Positions 53,555 through 62,775 of a DNA stretch of 64,000 bases are shown in pieces (position 1 is the first letter of the stretch; the number at the start of each line of letters is the position of its first letter). The position numbers and the translations under genes are program-made. The stretch comes from Candidatus Omnitrophota bacterium (GTDB lineage Bacteria; Omnitrophota; Gorgyraeia; JACQQV01): assembly GCA_016206785.1 (NCBI GenBank), contig JACQQV010000039.1:5978-69977 (forward strand), given 5' to 3'. Under the pieces are notes generated by a model that saw only the letters and a list, made by a program, of their open reading frames with translations, ran no database searches and was not told the DNA's origin.

Positions 53555-54418
53555 TTAACGCAAGAACGTTAAATTTTGTTTTGCGGCATCGGCCCAGTAA
53601 GAACTCCGAACAAAGGGGCCTGAAAAAACATAAGAAAAACCAAGCGCATATGCTTTTTCTTCATAAGATTGGAACTTCTCGGGTGGAATAAATTCCGCCA
53701 CAGCTAAATTATGCTCATCCGATTGGAGATATTGTCCAATCGTCAACATTTCGCAACAGCTCTCACGAAGATCTTTGAGGGTCTGAAGGACCTCCTCTTC
53801 TTCTTCCCCTACCCCCACCATCAGTCCACTTTTGGTCCAGATCCGCGGCGAGAGGACCTTCACCTGCCGAAGTATTTCCAGAGACCGTTCATACCGCGCA
53901 TAGGGACGGAGCTTCCTCTGCAACCGCTTGACTGTCTCGAGGTTGTGGTTGTAAATCTGGGGTCCTGCTTGGACCACGCGTTCAATCGCGGTGAGTTCCC
54001 CATGAAAATCGGGGGTGAGGACTTCCACCGTGACTTCGGGAAACTCCCGATGGATGGCGGTGATGACCTTTGCAAATTGGATCGATCCGCCATCTTCAAG
54101 ATCGTCCCTCGCCGGAGACGTAATCACAGCATGGGAAAGTTTCATCCGACGGATCGCCTCTACGATCCGTTCCGGTTCACTTTCCTCCGGGAAAGACGGT
54201 ATCCCACGCGGAATCGCACAAAAGGTACACCGCCGGGTACAGATCTCTCCCAAAATCATGAAGGTGGCTCGGTGACGAGAGAAGCACTCCAATAAATTGG
54301 GGCACCGTGCACTCTCACAAACCGTATTAATCCTCAGATCTTTGAGGATTTCACGGGTGAAGTGGGTATTTTCAATCCGCTTCCGAAGCCACGTTGGAAA
54401 ATGTGTTCCGGTGGTCAA
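53555..54418 (-). CDS. lipA: Lipoyl synthase
   Basis: Radical-SAM CTRRCTFC and CxxxxC motifs; start reassigned to TTG 54418 (AAGGA SD at 7 nt) because the longer ORF runs through a hairpin and into lpd. Confidence 0.85.
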   Translation of the reverse strand: MTTGTHFPTWLRKRIENTHFTREILKDLRINTVCESARCPNLLECFSRHRATFMILGEICTRRCTFCAIPRGIPSFPEESEPERIVEAIRRMKLSHAVITSPARDDLEDGGSIQFAKVITAIHREFPEVTVEVLTPDFHGELTAIERVVQAGPQIYNHNLETVKRLQRKLRPYARYERSLEILRQVKVLSPRIWTKSGLMVGVGEEEEEVLQTLKDLRESCCEMLTIGQYLQSDEHNLAVAEFIPPEKFQSYEEKAYALGFSYVFSGPFVRSSYWADAAKQNLTFLR

Positions 54419-54432
54419 TCCCTTTTCCTTTA

Positions 54433-54461
54433 CCCCGTTAGAGATTTCATCTCTAACGGGG
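54433..54461 (-). promoter_or_regulatory. Perfect 12-bp hairpin at the lpd-lipA junction
   Basis: CCCCGTTAGAGA-TTTCA-TCTCTAACGGGG; contains the lpd TAG stop; no U-tract follows. Confidence 0.5.
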
Positions 54462-55745
54462 CTTACAGATAAAATCCAAAGCCGCTTCCCGCACCGTCTC
54501 AGAGACGGTCGGATGAGGATGGATCGTCTCCGCGAGCTGGCGGAGAGTTCCGTGTGTCTGGAGAAGGAGGGTAAGTTCTGCAATGAGTTCCGTCACCTGT
54601 GGGCCCAAAAGGTGGGCTCCCAGGAACTCACCCGTTTCTCCATCGCCCACCAGCTTCACAAACCCGAGTTTTTCCTCTAAGATATGGGCCTTTGCCGAGG
54701 CAAGAAAGGAGGAGCGTCCCACGAAAACCTCTTTCCGTTTTTCTCTGGCCTTCTTCTCCGTCAGGCCGACCTGCGCCACCTCGGGAATGGTGAAAACACA
54801 TTCAGGAATGGCACGACCTTCCATCGTTTTATCTGTCTTGCCTGCCATATGGTCCACGGCGATCTCTGCTTGATAGCTCGCCACATGGGCGAGGAGCGAT
54901 TTCCCGGTCACATCCCCAACTGCATAAATGGAGGAGACCGCGGTTCGCATGAAAGGATCCACCTCGACGGACCCGTCCGGAAGAAGAATTCCCAAGTTGC
55001 GGCCGAGGGCTTCGCTATTGGGCAAACGACCGATACTCACAAGGATTTTTTCTGCGGTCCCTTTTTGAAGAGAAGTCACTTTCTCTCCCACCTTGACCTC
55101 CATTCCTTCGCGGACAAAAATTTTTTTTAATTCTTCAGAAATGGTCTCATCGCTTGCCGGGAGGAGTTGAGAGGTCGCTTCTAAAAGGGTGACGTGAGTT
55201 CCGAGCGCATGGTATAAGCTTGCAAATTCGCACCCTGTAGGGCCTGCACCGATAATCACAAGTCTTTCGGGGATTTCGTGAAGCCCCAAAAGGTCGTCGC
55301 TGGTTAAAATCTGTTTCCCATCGAAAGGGGCCCCGGGCAGTTCTTTGGGCCTACTCCCTGTGGCAATCAAGATAAATCGTGTCTTAATCTCTTTCCCATT
55401 CACACGAAGAAGATGTTCGCGAAGGAGTTCTCCCCTGCCGTGGACCATTGCAACCCCACTTTTCCGAAGGGTGGATTCCATTCCCGAGTGAAGCCGAGAA
55501 ACAACTTCACTTTTCCTTCGCAGCATCCCTTGGAAGACTTTTGCCCTTTCCTTTCCGACGCTGTTTTTCTTCAAAAAAAGAACGTCGGTGAGGAGACACT
55601 TGGTGGGAATGCATCCCCGGTGAAGACAGACACCTCCCACTTCTTCTTTTTCAATGAGAAATGTTTTGAAGCCGTACTCGCGGGCCCTGAGGGCGGCTCT
55701 AAACCCGGCCGGCCCCCCACCGAGAATGGTCAGATCTGCTTCCAC
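54453..55745 (-). CDS. lpdA: Dihydrolipoyl dehydrogenase
   Basis: FAD motif GGGPAGF and redox-active disulfide GGVCLHRGCIPTK. Confidence 0.85.
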   Translation of the reverse strand: MEADLTILGGGPAGFRAALRAREYGFKTFLIEKEEVGGVCLHRGCIPTKCLLTDVLFLKKNSVGKERAKVFQGMLRRKSEVVSRLHSGMESTLRKSGVAMVHGRGELLREHLLRVNGKEIKTRFILIATGSRPKELPGAPFDGKQILTSDDLLGLHEIPERLVIIGAGPTGCEFASLYHALGTHVTLLEATSQLLPASDETISEELKKIFVREGMEVKVGEKVTSLQKGTAEKILVSIGRLPNSEALGRNLGILLPDGSVEVDPFMRTAVSSIYAVGDVTGKSLLAHVASYQAEIAVDHMAGKTDKTMEGRAIPECVFTIPEVAQVGLTEKKAREKRKEVFVGRSSFLASAKAHILEEKLGFVKLVGDGETGEFLGAHLLGPQVTELIAELTLLLQTHGTLRQLAETIHPHPTVSETVREAALDFICKPR

Positions 55746-55752
55746 GGCGTCC

Positions 55753-56802
55753 TCAAAGGCTATTGAATTCCTCCATATCTTTTACCCGGTCACGAACCGC
55801 CTCGAGTGACACAATGCCCCGGCGGTAAAGATCCTTTAAGGACCTGTCCATGCTTTGCATGCCGAACGAGGATCCTGTTTGAATCAGGGTTGGAATCTGT
55901 TCGGATTCCCTTTCACGGATAAGGTTTCGGACTGCGGAAGTGGCGGCCATCACTTCACACGCCACCACCCTCCCCCTCCCTTTGGTAGTGGGGAGGAGCT
56001 GCTGTGAGACAACAGCCTGAAGGGTTCCCGCAAGCTGAATGCGGACCTGTTGTTGCTGGTGAGGCGGAAAGACGTCAATAATGCGGTCTACCGTTTGCAC
56101 GGCATCAGGGGTGTGTAAGGTTGCAAGGACAAGATGCCCTGTTTCCGCAGCGGTGAGTGCCGTTGCAATCGTCTCAAGATCCCGCATCTCACCCACCACC
56201 ACCACATTAGGATCCTGTCTTAAAACATGTTTGAGAGCCGATGCGAAGGAATGGGTATCTGCAAACACCTCCCGCTGTTTAATGACACTGCGTTTGTTGT
56301 GATGGACATACTCGATGGGATCTTCGATACTGACGATGAGAAACTGCTTCTCTGTGTTGATAAGATCCACTATCGCGGCAAGGGTGGTCGTTTTTCCAAC
56401 CCCTGTGGGCCCGGTCACTAACACAAGACCGTTCGGCTTCCGTGCAAATTCTGCCACAATGGGCGGAAGACCAAGCTCCGCAAGCGTTGGAATGTGGGAC
56501 GGGACGACACGCATGGCCGCCTCAACACTCGAACGTTGCTGGTGGACATTCACCCGGAAGCGACTTAAGGCCGGCACGGTAAAAGAGAAATCGAGTTCCA
56601 ATTCTTCTTCAAATTGTTGTTTCTGTCGGTCGTTCAAGAGGCCATAGATGATGCGCTTGGTTTCTTCCGGAGTCAAGACTTCCAACGTCGTTGCCTCCAA
56701 TTTACCGTCGATGCGTAAAATCGGGGAAGACTTTGCGGTCAGGTGAACGTCGGAGGCCCCTTTGTTGACGGCGTATCTGAGGAGTTCTTTAATGTCGATC
56801 AA
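55753..56802 (-). CDS. pilT: Twitching-motility ATPase PilT
   Basis: PilT N-terminus MIDIKELLRYAVNKGASDVHL and Walker A GPTGVGKTT. Confidence 0.9.
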   Translation of the reverse strand: MIDIKELLRYAVNKGASDVHLTAKSSPILRIDGKLEATTLEVLTPEETKRIIYGLLNDRQKQQFEEELELDFSFTVPALSRFRVNVHQQRSSVEAAMRVVPSHIPTLAELGLPPIVAEFARKPNGLVLVTGPTGVGKTTTLAAIVDLINTEKQFLIVSIEDPIEYVHHNKRSVIKQREVFADTHSFASALKHVLRQDPNVVVVGEMRDLETIATALTAAETGHLVLATLHTPDAVQTVDRIIDVFPPHQQQQVRIQLAGTLQAVVSQQLLPTTKGRGRVVACEVMAATSAVRNLIRERESEQIPTLIQTGSSFGMQSMDRSLKDLYRRGIVSLEAVRDRVKDMEEFNSL

Positions 56803-57964
56803 ACTGTTTCACCCATTGTGCAATGTTACGGAGTCCTTCGTCGATCTTCTCCTGTGAGGTTGCGAAACTGAATCGTAGGTAACCCTCCATCCCAAACCCT
56901 TCGCCTGGAATGGTCGCGACCCGAGCCTCATCCAAGAAACGATTCGCCAACTCGGAGGAGGATAACCCAAAGGAGGAGACGTCACAAAAAATATAAAACG
57001 CCCCTTCAGGCCGAATGGGCTTTAATCCCTGTAAGTCCTTAAGACCATTATACAACCTGTCCCGCCTTTTTTCGAATTCCCTGGCCATCTGGGTTACATC
57101 CGACTGATCCCCTGTTAAGGCTGCCAACGCCGCTTTTTGACTTAAGGAAGTGGGGTTTGAGGTGGAATGGCTTTGGAGTTTTCCAACCGCCTCTGCAATC
57201 TCCAGGGGGGCTCCACAGTAGCCAATGCGGAAACCGGTCATGGCATAGGCCTTCGAGACGCCATTGACTGTTGCAGTCCGTTCCATGATTTCTTTTCCAA
57301 AGGAAGCGATCGCATAATGTTTTTTCCCGTCAAAAATCAGTTTTTCATAAATTTCGTCGCTGATCACAAAAAGGTTCCTCAAAAGAGCGAGGTCTGCAAT
57401 TTCTTCTAATTCCTTTTTATCATAAACACTCCCTGTTGGATTGGCCGGGCTGTTTAAGATAAGAACCTTTGTTTTTGGGGTCCAATGGCGTTCTATCTCC
57501 TTGCGGGTCAGGCGGAAGGAATGGTTCGCTTCTGTGGGGGCCATGACAGGAATTCCCCCTGCCAAACGGACCAATTCCGGATAACTCACCCAGTAGGGGG
57601 AGCCGAAAAGGACCTCATCTCCTTTGTTGCAGAGTACCTGGAGAAGATTATAAAGAGAATGTTTTGCCCCGCAAGAAACCACAATTTGGGAGGGGGTATA
57701 GGAGATCTGGTTATCCCGTTTAAATTTATCGACGATCGCTTCCTTGAGTTCCGGGATACCGGTCGATGGGGTATAGCGGGTAAATCCCTCTTCAAGTGCA
57801 CGGACGGTGGCTTGTCTTATAAAGGGAGGGGTCGGAAAATCAGGCTCGCCGGCTGCAAAATTGACAATCTCGATTCCTTTTTTCTTTAAGGCATTGGCAC
57901 GGGCAGTCATGTCAAGGGTGAGAGAAGAGGAAAGACCTTCAAGACGATCCGAGAGTCTGAGCAT
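56789..57964 (-). CDS. Aspartate/aromatic aminotransferase (class I)
   Basis: Fold-type I aminotransferase, 391 aa (..NFAAGEPDFPTP..). Confidence 0.8.
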   Translation of the reverse strand: MLRLSDRLEGLSSSLTLDMTARANALKKKGIEIVNFAAGEPDFPTPPFIRQATVRALEEGFTRYTPSTGIPELKEAIVDKFKRDNQISYTPSQIVVSCGAKHSLYNLLQVLCNKGDEVLFGSPYWVSYPELVRLAGGIPVMAPTEANHSFRLTRKEIERHWTPKTKVLILNSPANPTGSVYDKKELEEIADLALLRNLFVISDEIYEKLIFDGKKHYAIASFGKEIMERTATVNGVSKAYAMTGFRIGYCGAPLEIAEAVGKLQSHSTSNPTSLSQKAALAALTGDQSDVTQMAREFEKRRDRLYNGLKDLQGLKPIRPEGAFYIFCDVSSFGLSSSELANRFLDEARVATIPGEGFGMEGYLRFSFATSQEKIDEGLRNIAQWVKQFDRH

Positions 57965-57976
57965 CGCACATCCTTT

Positions 57977-58531
57977 TTAAGACCGATCTTTCGGTTTCAG
58001 AAACTTCCGAAGGCTTGCAAGAAAGCCACTCGGTTTTTCGGCCTTCGGCGGCTTCTCAGGTGGTGCAGAAACGCCTGGCACCTCTTCTTTCGGGGAAGGG
58101 GCCTCGGTCTTTTTTGCCTTTGTCTTTTTGGATTCCTCTTTGGGGGATTCCCTTTTTTCCTTTTTCGGCTTGACCTTTCTCTCTAAAAGTTCAAGGAGGG
58201 CAAGTTCTGCCCCATCGCCCGGACGCACCCGGCTCCGGAGGAGTCGGGTGTACCCTCCCCGATGGGTCTTAAAAAGAGGGGCCACTTCTTTAAAAAGATA
58301 AGAAGTGGTTTCCGCGTTCCCCAATGCCTGGAGGGCACGGCGATACGAGAAGAGGTCTCCTCGAACCCCAAACTGGATGAGCCGGTCGACGAATCGACGG
58401 GCATCCTTGGCCTTGGGGAGGGTGGTCTCGATCCTCCCATTCAGGATGAGCGCCGTTGCAAGATGCCGAACGAGCGCGTCTCGCTCCCCCTTGGCCCGAC
58501 CAAAACGCCGATTACTTCTACGATGTCTCAC
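57977..58531 (-). CDS. rplQ: 50S ribosomal protein L17 with Lys/Glu-rich C-terminal extension
   Basis: [25 protein letters not shown].. L17 N-terminus. Confidence 0.85.
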   Translation of the reverse strand: MRHRRSNRRFGRAKGERDALVRHLATALILNGRIETTLPKAKDARRFVDRLIQFGVRGDLFSYRRALQALGNAETTSYLFKEVAPLFKTHRGGYTRLLRSRVRPGDGAELALLELLERKVKPKKEKRESPKEESKKTKAKKTEAPSPKEEVPGVSAPPEKPPKAEKPSGFLASLRKFLKPKDRS

Positions 58532-59519
58532 GTTCCTCTTCTTCTTTCTTCGGTCGCTTGGGGAGTTTCATCCCAAGGGAAAGGCCCATCGCGTTGAGGA
58601 CCTCATTGATCTCCGCGAGGGACTTTTTCCCAAAGTTCCGGAACTTCAGCATGTCCGACTCTGTTCGACGCACCAGCTGTTCAATGGTTTTTATCTTTTC
58701 GGCGCGCAGACAATTTGCACTACGGACAGAAAGTTCAAGTTCGGAAACGGGTTGTTTCAATTTCTCCCAAAGTTCCACATCCTCCTGCGCCTCTTCAACC
58801 TTTTCTTCCTCGGGAAGCCTCCCAAAGTTCACAAAAATATCCAAGTGTCTCTGGAAAATATTGGAGGCGTAGAGCAGGGCATCTTTGGGAGAGACACTCC
58901 CATTGGTCCAGATCTCCAGAATCAGTTTGTCATAGTCTGTGATCTGTCCTACGCGGGTGTTCTCCACAAGAAAATTCACCTTCCTCACCGGTGTGAAAAT
59001 AGAATCGATGGGAATCGTTCCAATCGGGCTTCCCTCGTTTTTATTTCTTTCAGCAGGGACATAACCCCGTCCACGCGTTACGGTCATCGTCATGTTGAAC
59101 TTCGCATTTTTGGTAAGCGTCGCAATATGCAAATCGGGGTTGATCACTTCAATCGTATCATCATGAACAATGTCTTTTGCCGTGACTTCTCCCTTTTTCT
59201 CGGTCTGAATGGTGATTTCCTTGGCCCCTGAAGTGTGAGAACGAAGAATCAAATTCTTCAGGTTTAGGATGATTTCACTCACGTCCTCATAAACACCAGT
59301 GATTGAGGAAAATTCATGCAGCACCCCTTCAATTTTGACATTGGTTACAGCCGCTCCCTCGATCGAGGAGATAAGGATCCGTCGCAAGGAATTCCCAATG
59401 GTCATCCCATATCCTCGCTCAAAAGGTTCTGCAACAAATTTACCGTAGGTATTGCTCACCGATTGCTCATCGCACTCAAGGCGCTTCGGCATTTCAAATC
59501 CCTTCCACGCTGTTCCCAT
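58518..59519 (-). CDS. rpoA: DNA-directed RNA polymerase subunit alpha
   Basis: ..[26 protein letters not shown]..; start moved to ATG 59519 preceded by AGGAGG at 8 nt. Confidence 0.9.
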   Translation of the reverse strand: MGTAWKGFEMPKRLECDEQSVSNTYGKFVAEPFERGYGMTIGNSLRRILISSIEGAAVTNVKIEGVLHEFSSITGVYEDVSEIILNLKNLILRSHTSGAKEITIQTEKKGEVTAKDIVHDDTIEVINPDLHIATLTKNAKFNMTMTVTRGRGYVPAERNKNEGSPIGTIPIDSIFTPVRKVNFLVENTRVGQITDYDKLILEIWTNGSVSPKDALLYASNIFQRHLDIFVNFGRLPEEEKVEEAQEDVELWEKLKQPVSELELSVRSANCLRAEKIKTIEQLVRRTESDMLKFRNFGKKSLAEINEVLNAMGLSLGMKLPKRPKKEEEERETS

Positions 59520-59557
59520 TCCCTTCCCCTCCTTAAGGTCTTTCAAACCCTCGCCAC

Positions 59558-60184
59558 TTACTTTGAATAGAGTTCTACAATAAGTTGTTCTTTGATTGGA
59601 AGCAATGCATCACTTTTTTCAGGAAGACGCGCAATGGTCCCTACCAGATGCTCGGGGTCAACCTTGAGCCAATGGGGTCGCTCACGTTCTTTGGTGGCTT
59701 CTAATGTCTCGTGGACCCTTTGCCGGATTCTGTCCTGCCCTTGAACCCCAATACGGCTTCCCACCTGCACGAAATAAGAGGGGAGATCAACTTTTTGATC
59801 ATTCACCGTGATCGCCCCATGACGAACCATTTCCCGTGCATGGGCCCTTGAGGTTGCAAATCCCAAACGGAAGACGACATTGTCTAAACGCCTTTCCAGA
59901 AGTTGCAGAAGCACATCGCCGGTAATCCCTTTTGAGCGGGAAGCGATACGGAAATAATGTTTAAATTGCCGTTCGAGAACGCCGTAGATTCTCTTAAGCT
60001 TCTGCTTTTCTCGAAGTTGAATCCCGTAGTTCGACAGTTTGACCCGGCCCTTCCCATGCTGTCCAGGGGCAAAGGCCCGGCGTGCCACAGGGCATTTGGG
60101 AGTAGTGCATTTAGCCCCTTTTAAAAATAATTTGATCCCTTCTCGCCGACAGAGCCTGCAGGAAGGTCCTAAATACCTTGACAT
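59558..60184 (-). CDS. rpsD: 30S ribosomal protein S4
   Basis: [16 protein letters not shown].. S4 N-terminus. Confidence 0.9.
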   Translation of the reverse strand: MSRYLGPSCRLCRREGIKLFLKGAKCTTPKCPVARRAFAPGQHGKGRVKLSNYGIQLREKQKLKRIYGVLERQFKHYFRIASRSKGITGDVLLQLLERRLDNVVFRLGFATSRAHAREMVRHGAITVNDQKVDLPSYFVQVGSRIGVQGQDRIRQRVHETLEATKERERPHWLKVDPEHLVGTIARLPEKSDALLPIKEQLIVELYSK

Positions 60185-60199
60185 CCTGACTCCTTTTCT

Positions 60200-60643
60200 T
60201 TAGACACGACGCCGCTTAGGCGGACGACAACCGTTGTGAGGGATCGGCGTAACGTCACGGATCACATGAATCGTGAGTCCCGCCCCTTGAAGGGCCCGAA
60301 CGGCAGACTCCCGTCCGGATCCGGGTCCCTTGATATAGACCTCAATGTTTTTCATGCCATGCTCCATCGCCTTCCGGGCCGCATTTTCAGCAGCAACCTG
60401 CGCCGCAAAAGGGGTCGCCTTCTTTGAACCGCTGAAGCCGACCACCCCGGTGCTGGACCAGGCGATGGTGTTTCCTTGCCGATCGGTGATGGTAACGATG
60501 GTATTGTTGAAGCTCGCTTGGATGTGTGCAATGCCCGTCGTTATATTCTTTGTTTTCTTGCGGGGCCCTTTTGGTTTTTCCTCCGGTCGTGCACCCGCTT
60601 CTGCTTTATTCTCCGCGTTCTTTTCCTTAGACTCTTCCGCCAT
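60200..60643 (-). CDS. rpsK: 30S ribosomal protein S11
   Basis: ..[18 protein letters not shown].. S11 signature; Lys/Glu-rich N-terminal extension. Confidence 0.9.
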   Translation of the reverse strand: MAEESKEKNAENKAEAGARPEEKPKGPRKKTKNITTGIAHIQASFNNTIVTITDRQGNTIAWSSTGVVGFSGSKKATPFAAQVAAENAARKAMEHGMKNIEVYIKGPGSGRESAVRALQGAGLTIHVIRDVTPIPHNGCRPPKRRRV

Positions 60644-60645
60644 GG

Positions 60646-61023
60646 TTATACTTCCTTTTTCCGTACTGCACCGATCGTCTTGCGGGGACCTTTCCGTGTC
60701 CGGGCATTGGTCCGTGTCCGCTGTCCACGGACAGGAAGTCCCTTCCGATGTCGGATCCCGCGGTAACTTCCGATTTCAGAGAGACGTCGGAGATTCTCCG
60801 TGATCTCCCGACGCAGATCCCCCTCCACCTTGTAATCCTTTTGGATAATAGAAGTAATTTTGGAGACCTCTTCTTCGGTGAGATCCTTGGCGCGGGTAGC
60901 GGGGTTGACTCCCGCTGTACCCAGGATCTTTTTTGCATTATTCTGCCCGATCCCGTAAATATAACAGAGTGAAAATGCGATCTTTTTTTCCTTTGGGATA
61001 TCTACCCCCACAATACGAGGCAC
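60646..61023 (-). CDS. rpsM: 30S ribosomal protein S13
   Basis: (M)[12 protein letters not shown].. ; GTG start with AAGGAGG SD. Confidence 0.9.
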   Translation of the reverse strand: MPRIVGVDIPKEKKIAFSLCYIYGIGQNNAKKILGTAGVNPATRAKDLTEEEVSKITSIIQKDYKVEGDLRREITENLRRLSEIGSYRGIRHRKGLPVRGQRTRTNARTRKGPRKTIGAVRKKEV

Positions 61024-61035
61024 AACACTCCTCCT

Positions 61036-61152
61036 TTATCCTTGTCGCTGTTTATGCTTGGGATTCGAGCAGATAACCCGCACGACTCCCTTCCGTTTTA
61101 CAATCTTGCACTTGTCGCACATCCTGCGAACGCTTGATCGAACCTTCACCAT
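61036..61152 (-). CDS. rpmJ: 50S ribosomal protein L36 (38 aa), below the ORF-track cutoff
   Basis: Translation [38 protein letters not shown]. Confidence 0.85.
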   Translation of the reverse strand: MVKVRSSVRRMCDKCKIVKRKGVVRVICSNPKHKQRQG

Positions 61153-61158
61153 TTTCTC

Positions 61159-61380
61159 CTATTTGGTCCGGAACGTGATGCGCCCTCTCGAAAGGTCATA
61201 GGGAGAGAGCTCCACCTTTACTTTATCGCCGGGGAGAATGCGAATGAAATTCATACGCATCTTTCCTGAAATATGGGCCAGGATCTTGTGACCATTCTCA
61301 AGCTCGACCCGAAACGTTGCATTGGGAAGGGTCTCAAGAACCGTTCCTTCTACCTCAATAGGTTCTTCTTTAGGTGCCAC
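61159..61380 (-). CDS. infA: Translation initiation factor IF-1
   Basis: (M)[30 protein letters not shown].. ; GTG start. Confidence 0.9.
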   Translation of the reverse strand: MAPKEEPIEVEGTVLETLPNATFRVELENGHKILAHISGKMRMNFIRILPGDKVKVELSPYDLSRGRITFRTK

Positions 61381-62120
61381 GCTGTTAAGATCTCCGGTTC
61401 CTTTTCGTCGATGGACACGGTATGTTCAAAGTGACACGACCTTTTCCGGTCCTTCGTGATCACGGTCCAACCATCCGGCAAGATCTCCACCTCATAGGTT
61501 CCCACGTTGACCATCGGTTCGATGGCAAGAACCATTCCCTTTTTGAGAAGTATCCCCTGACGAGGCTCGCCGAAATTGGGAACCTGAGGGTCTTGATGCA
61601 TCTCGGACCCAATGCCGTGTCCGACAAAATCCCGTACCACCGAATAGCCGTTCGATTCCGCCACACGTTGAACGGCGGAGGAGATGTCGCCGATCCGGTT
61701 TCCGGCAACAGCCTTCTCAATTCCTGCAAACAAAGCCTGATGGGTCACTTCAAGAAGATGGCCTGTTTCTTCGTTGATCTGTCCCACCGGAAAGGTGACC
61801 GCGCTATCGCCGTAATAGCCGTGGAACCGGACGCCGACATCGATCCCAACAATATCCCCTTCCTCCAAAACACGCCGACCCGGAATCCCATGAACAACCT
61901 CTTCATTCACCGAAGCACAGATGGAAGCGGGATAACCCCGATACCCCTTAAACGCCGGTTCCCCTCCTAAGGCATAAATGGTTTTTTCTGCCCGTTCATT
62001 CAACTCCTGGGTCGTGACGCCCGGAGCAATTCTCTCTTCGATCTCTTGGAGAACGATCGAGACCATCCGACCCGCTTCTCGCATCGTGTCAATTTCACGG
62101 GACGATTTTAATTCAATCAC
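61350..62120 (-). CDS. map: Methionine aminopeptidase, type I
   Basis: ..[19 protein letters not shown].. plus metal-binding residues; start reassigned to GTG 62120, because the 66 extra N-terminal codons of the ORF track lack similarity. Confidence 0.85.
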   Translation of the reverse strand: MIELKSSREIDTMREAGRMVSIVLQEIEERIAPGVTTQELNERAEKTIYALGGEPAFKGYRGYPASICASVNEEVVHGIPGRRVLEEGDIVGIDVGVRFHGYYGDSAVTFPVGQINEETGHLLEVTHQALFAGIEKAVAGNRIGDISSAVQRVAESNGYSVVRDFVGHGIGSEMHQDPQVPNFGEPRQGILLKKGMVLAIEPMVNVGTYEVEILPDGWTVITKDRKRSCHFEHTVSIDEKEPEILTAWHLKKNLLR

Positions 62121-62775
62121 GAATAAGATGTTCCTTTTTGAAAAGGGACACGAGTGCCTCTTGCCCCTCTTTGAGCTCAAGGTCCCCTGACACGACCCGC
62201 AGTTTCTTCGATTTTTTGTAATACCCGACCAGGCTTGCCGTTTCCTGTTCGTAAACCTTGAGCCGTTTCCGGACCGTTTCTTCCTTATCGTCTTCCCGCT
62301 GGAAGAGTGCGCCACCACACTGGTCGCAGGAGCCCTCTTTTCGAGGAGGAATATTCACAACGTGGTAGTTGGCACCGCATGTGTTGCAAACCCGCCGTCC
62401 CGCGAGTCTTGAAACGATTGTTTTTTCTTTCGTCTCAAAATAGACAATAAGATCAATCAGAACTCCCGTCTCCGAAAGGAGTTTATCAAGACTCTCCGCT
62501 TGCGTCTCGTTCCTCGGAAAGCCATCCAGGATGAATCCCCCCCGCGCATCGTCTGAGCCCATCCGTCCCGCGACCAGTCTTGTGACGATCTCATCCGGGA
62601 CAAGCTTTCCTTCCTGCATAAAGGTGCGGACCTGTTGCCCGATCGTGGAACCATTCCTCGAGACTTCTCGCAGAATGTCCCCCGTTGAAATGTGGGGGAT
62701 ATGATACCGTTCCGCCAAAAGCTTCGCCTGTGTTCCCTTTCCAGCCCCGGGGGGACCCAGAAAAATGATCTTCAT
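62113..62775 (-). CDS. adk: Adenylate kinase with zinc-binding lid
   Basis: MKIIFLGPPGAGKGTQA and CNTCG..CDQCG lid cysteines. Confidence 0.9.
   Translation of the reverse strand: MKIIFLGPPGAGKGTQAKLLAERYHIPHISTGDILREVSRNGSTIGQQVRTFMQEGKLVPDEIVTRLVAGRMGSDDARGGFILDGFPRNETQAESLDKLLSETGVLIDLIVYFETKEKTIVSRLAGRRVCNTCGANYHVVNIPPRKEGSCDQCGGALFQREDDKEETVRKRLKVYEQETASLVGYYKKSKKLRVVSGDLELKEGQEALVSLFKKEHLIRD

Noticed and set aside
53555-54583. Long N-terminal extensions in the ORF track for lipA, map (61350..62318), rpoA, accC, rpsU, M48 peptidase, S2P and others
   Set aside because: The extensions overlap upstream genes, lack family similarity, and internal starts with good SD or ATGA coupling give canonical protein lengths.
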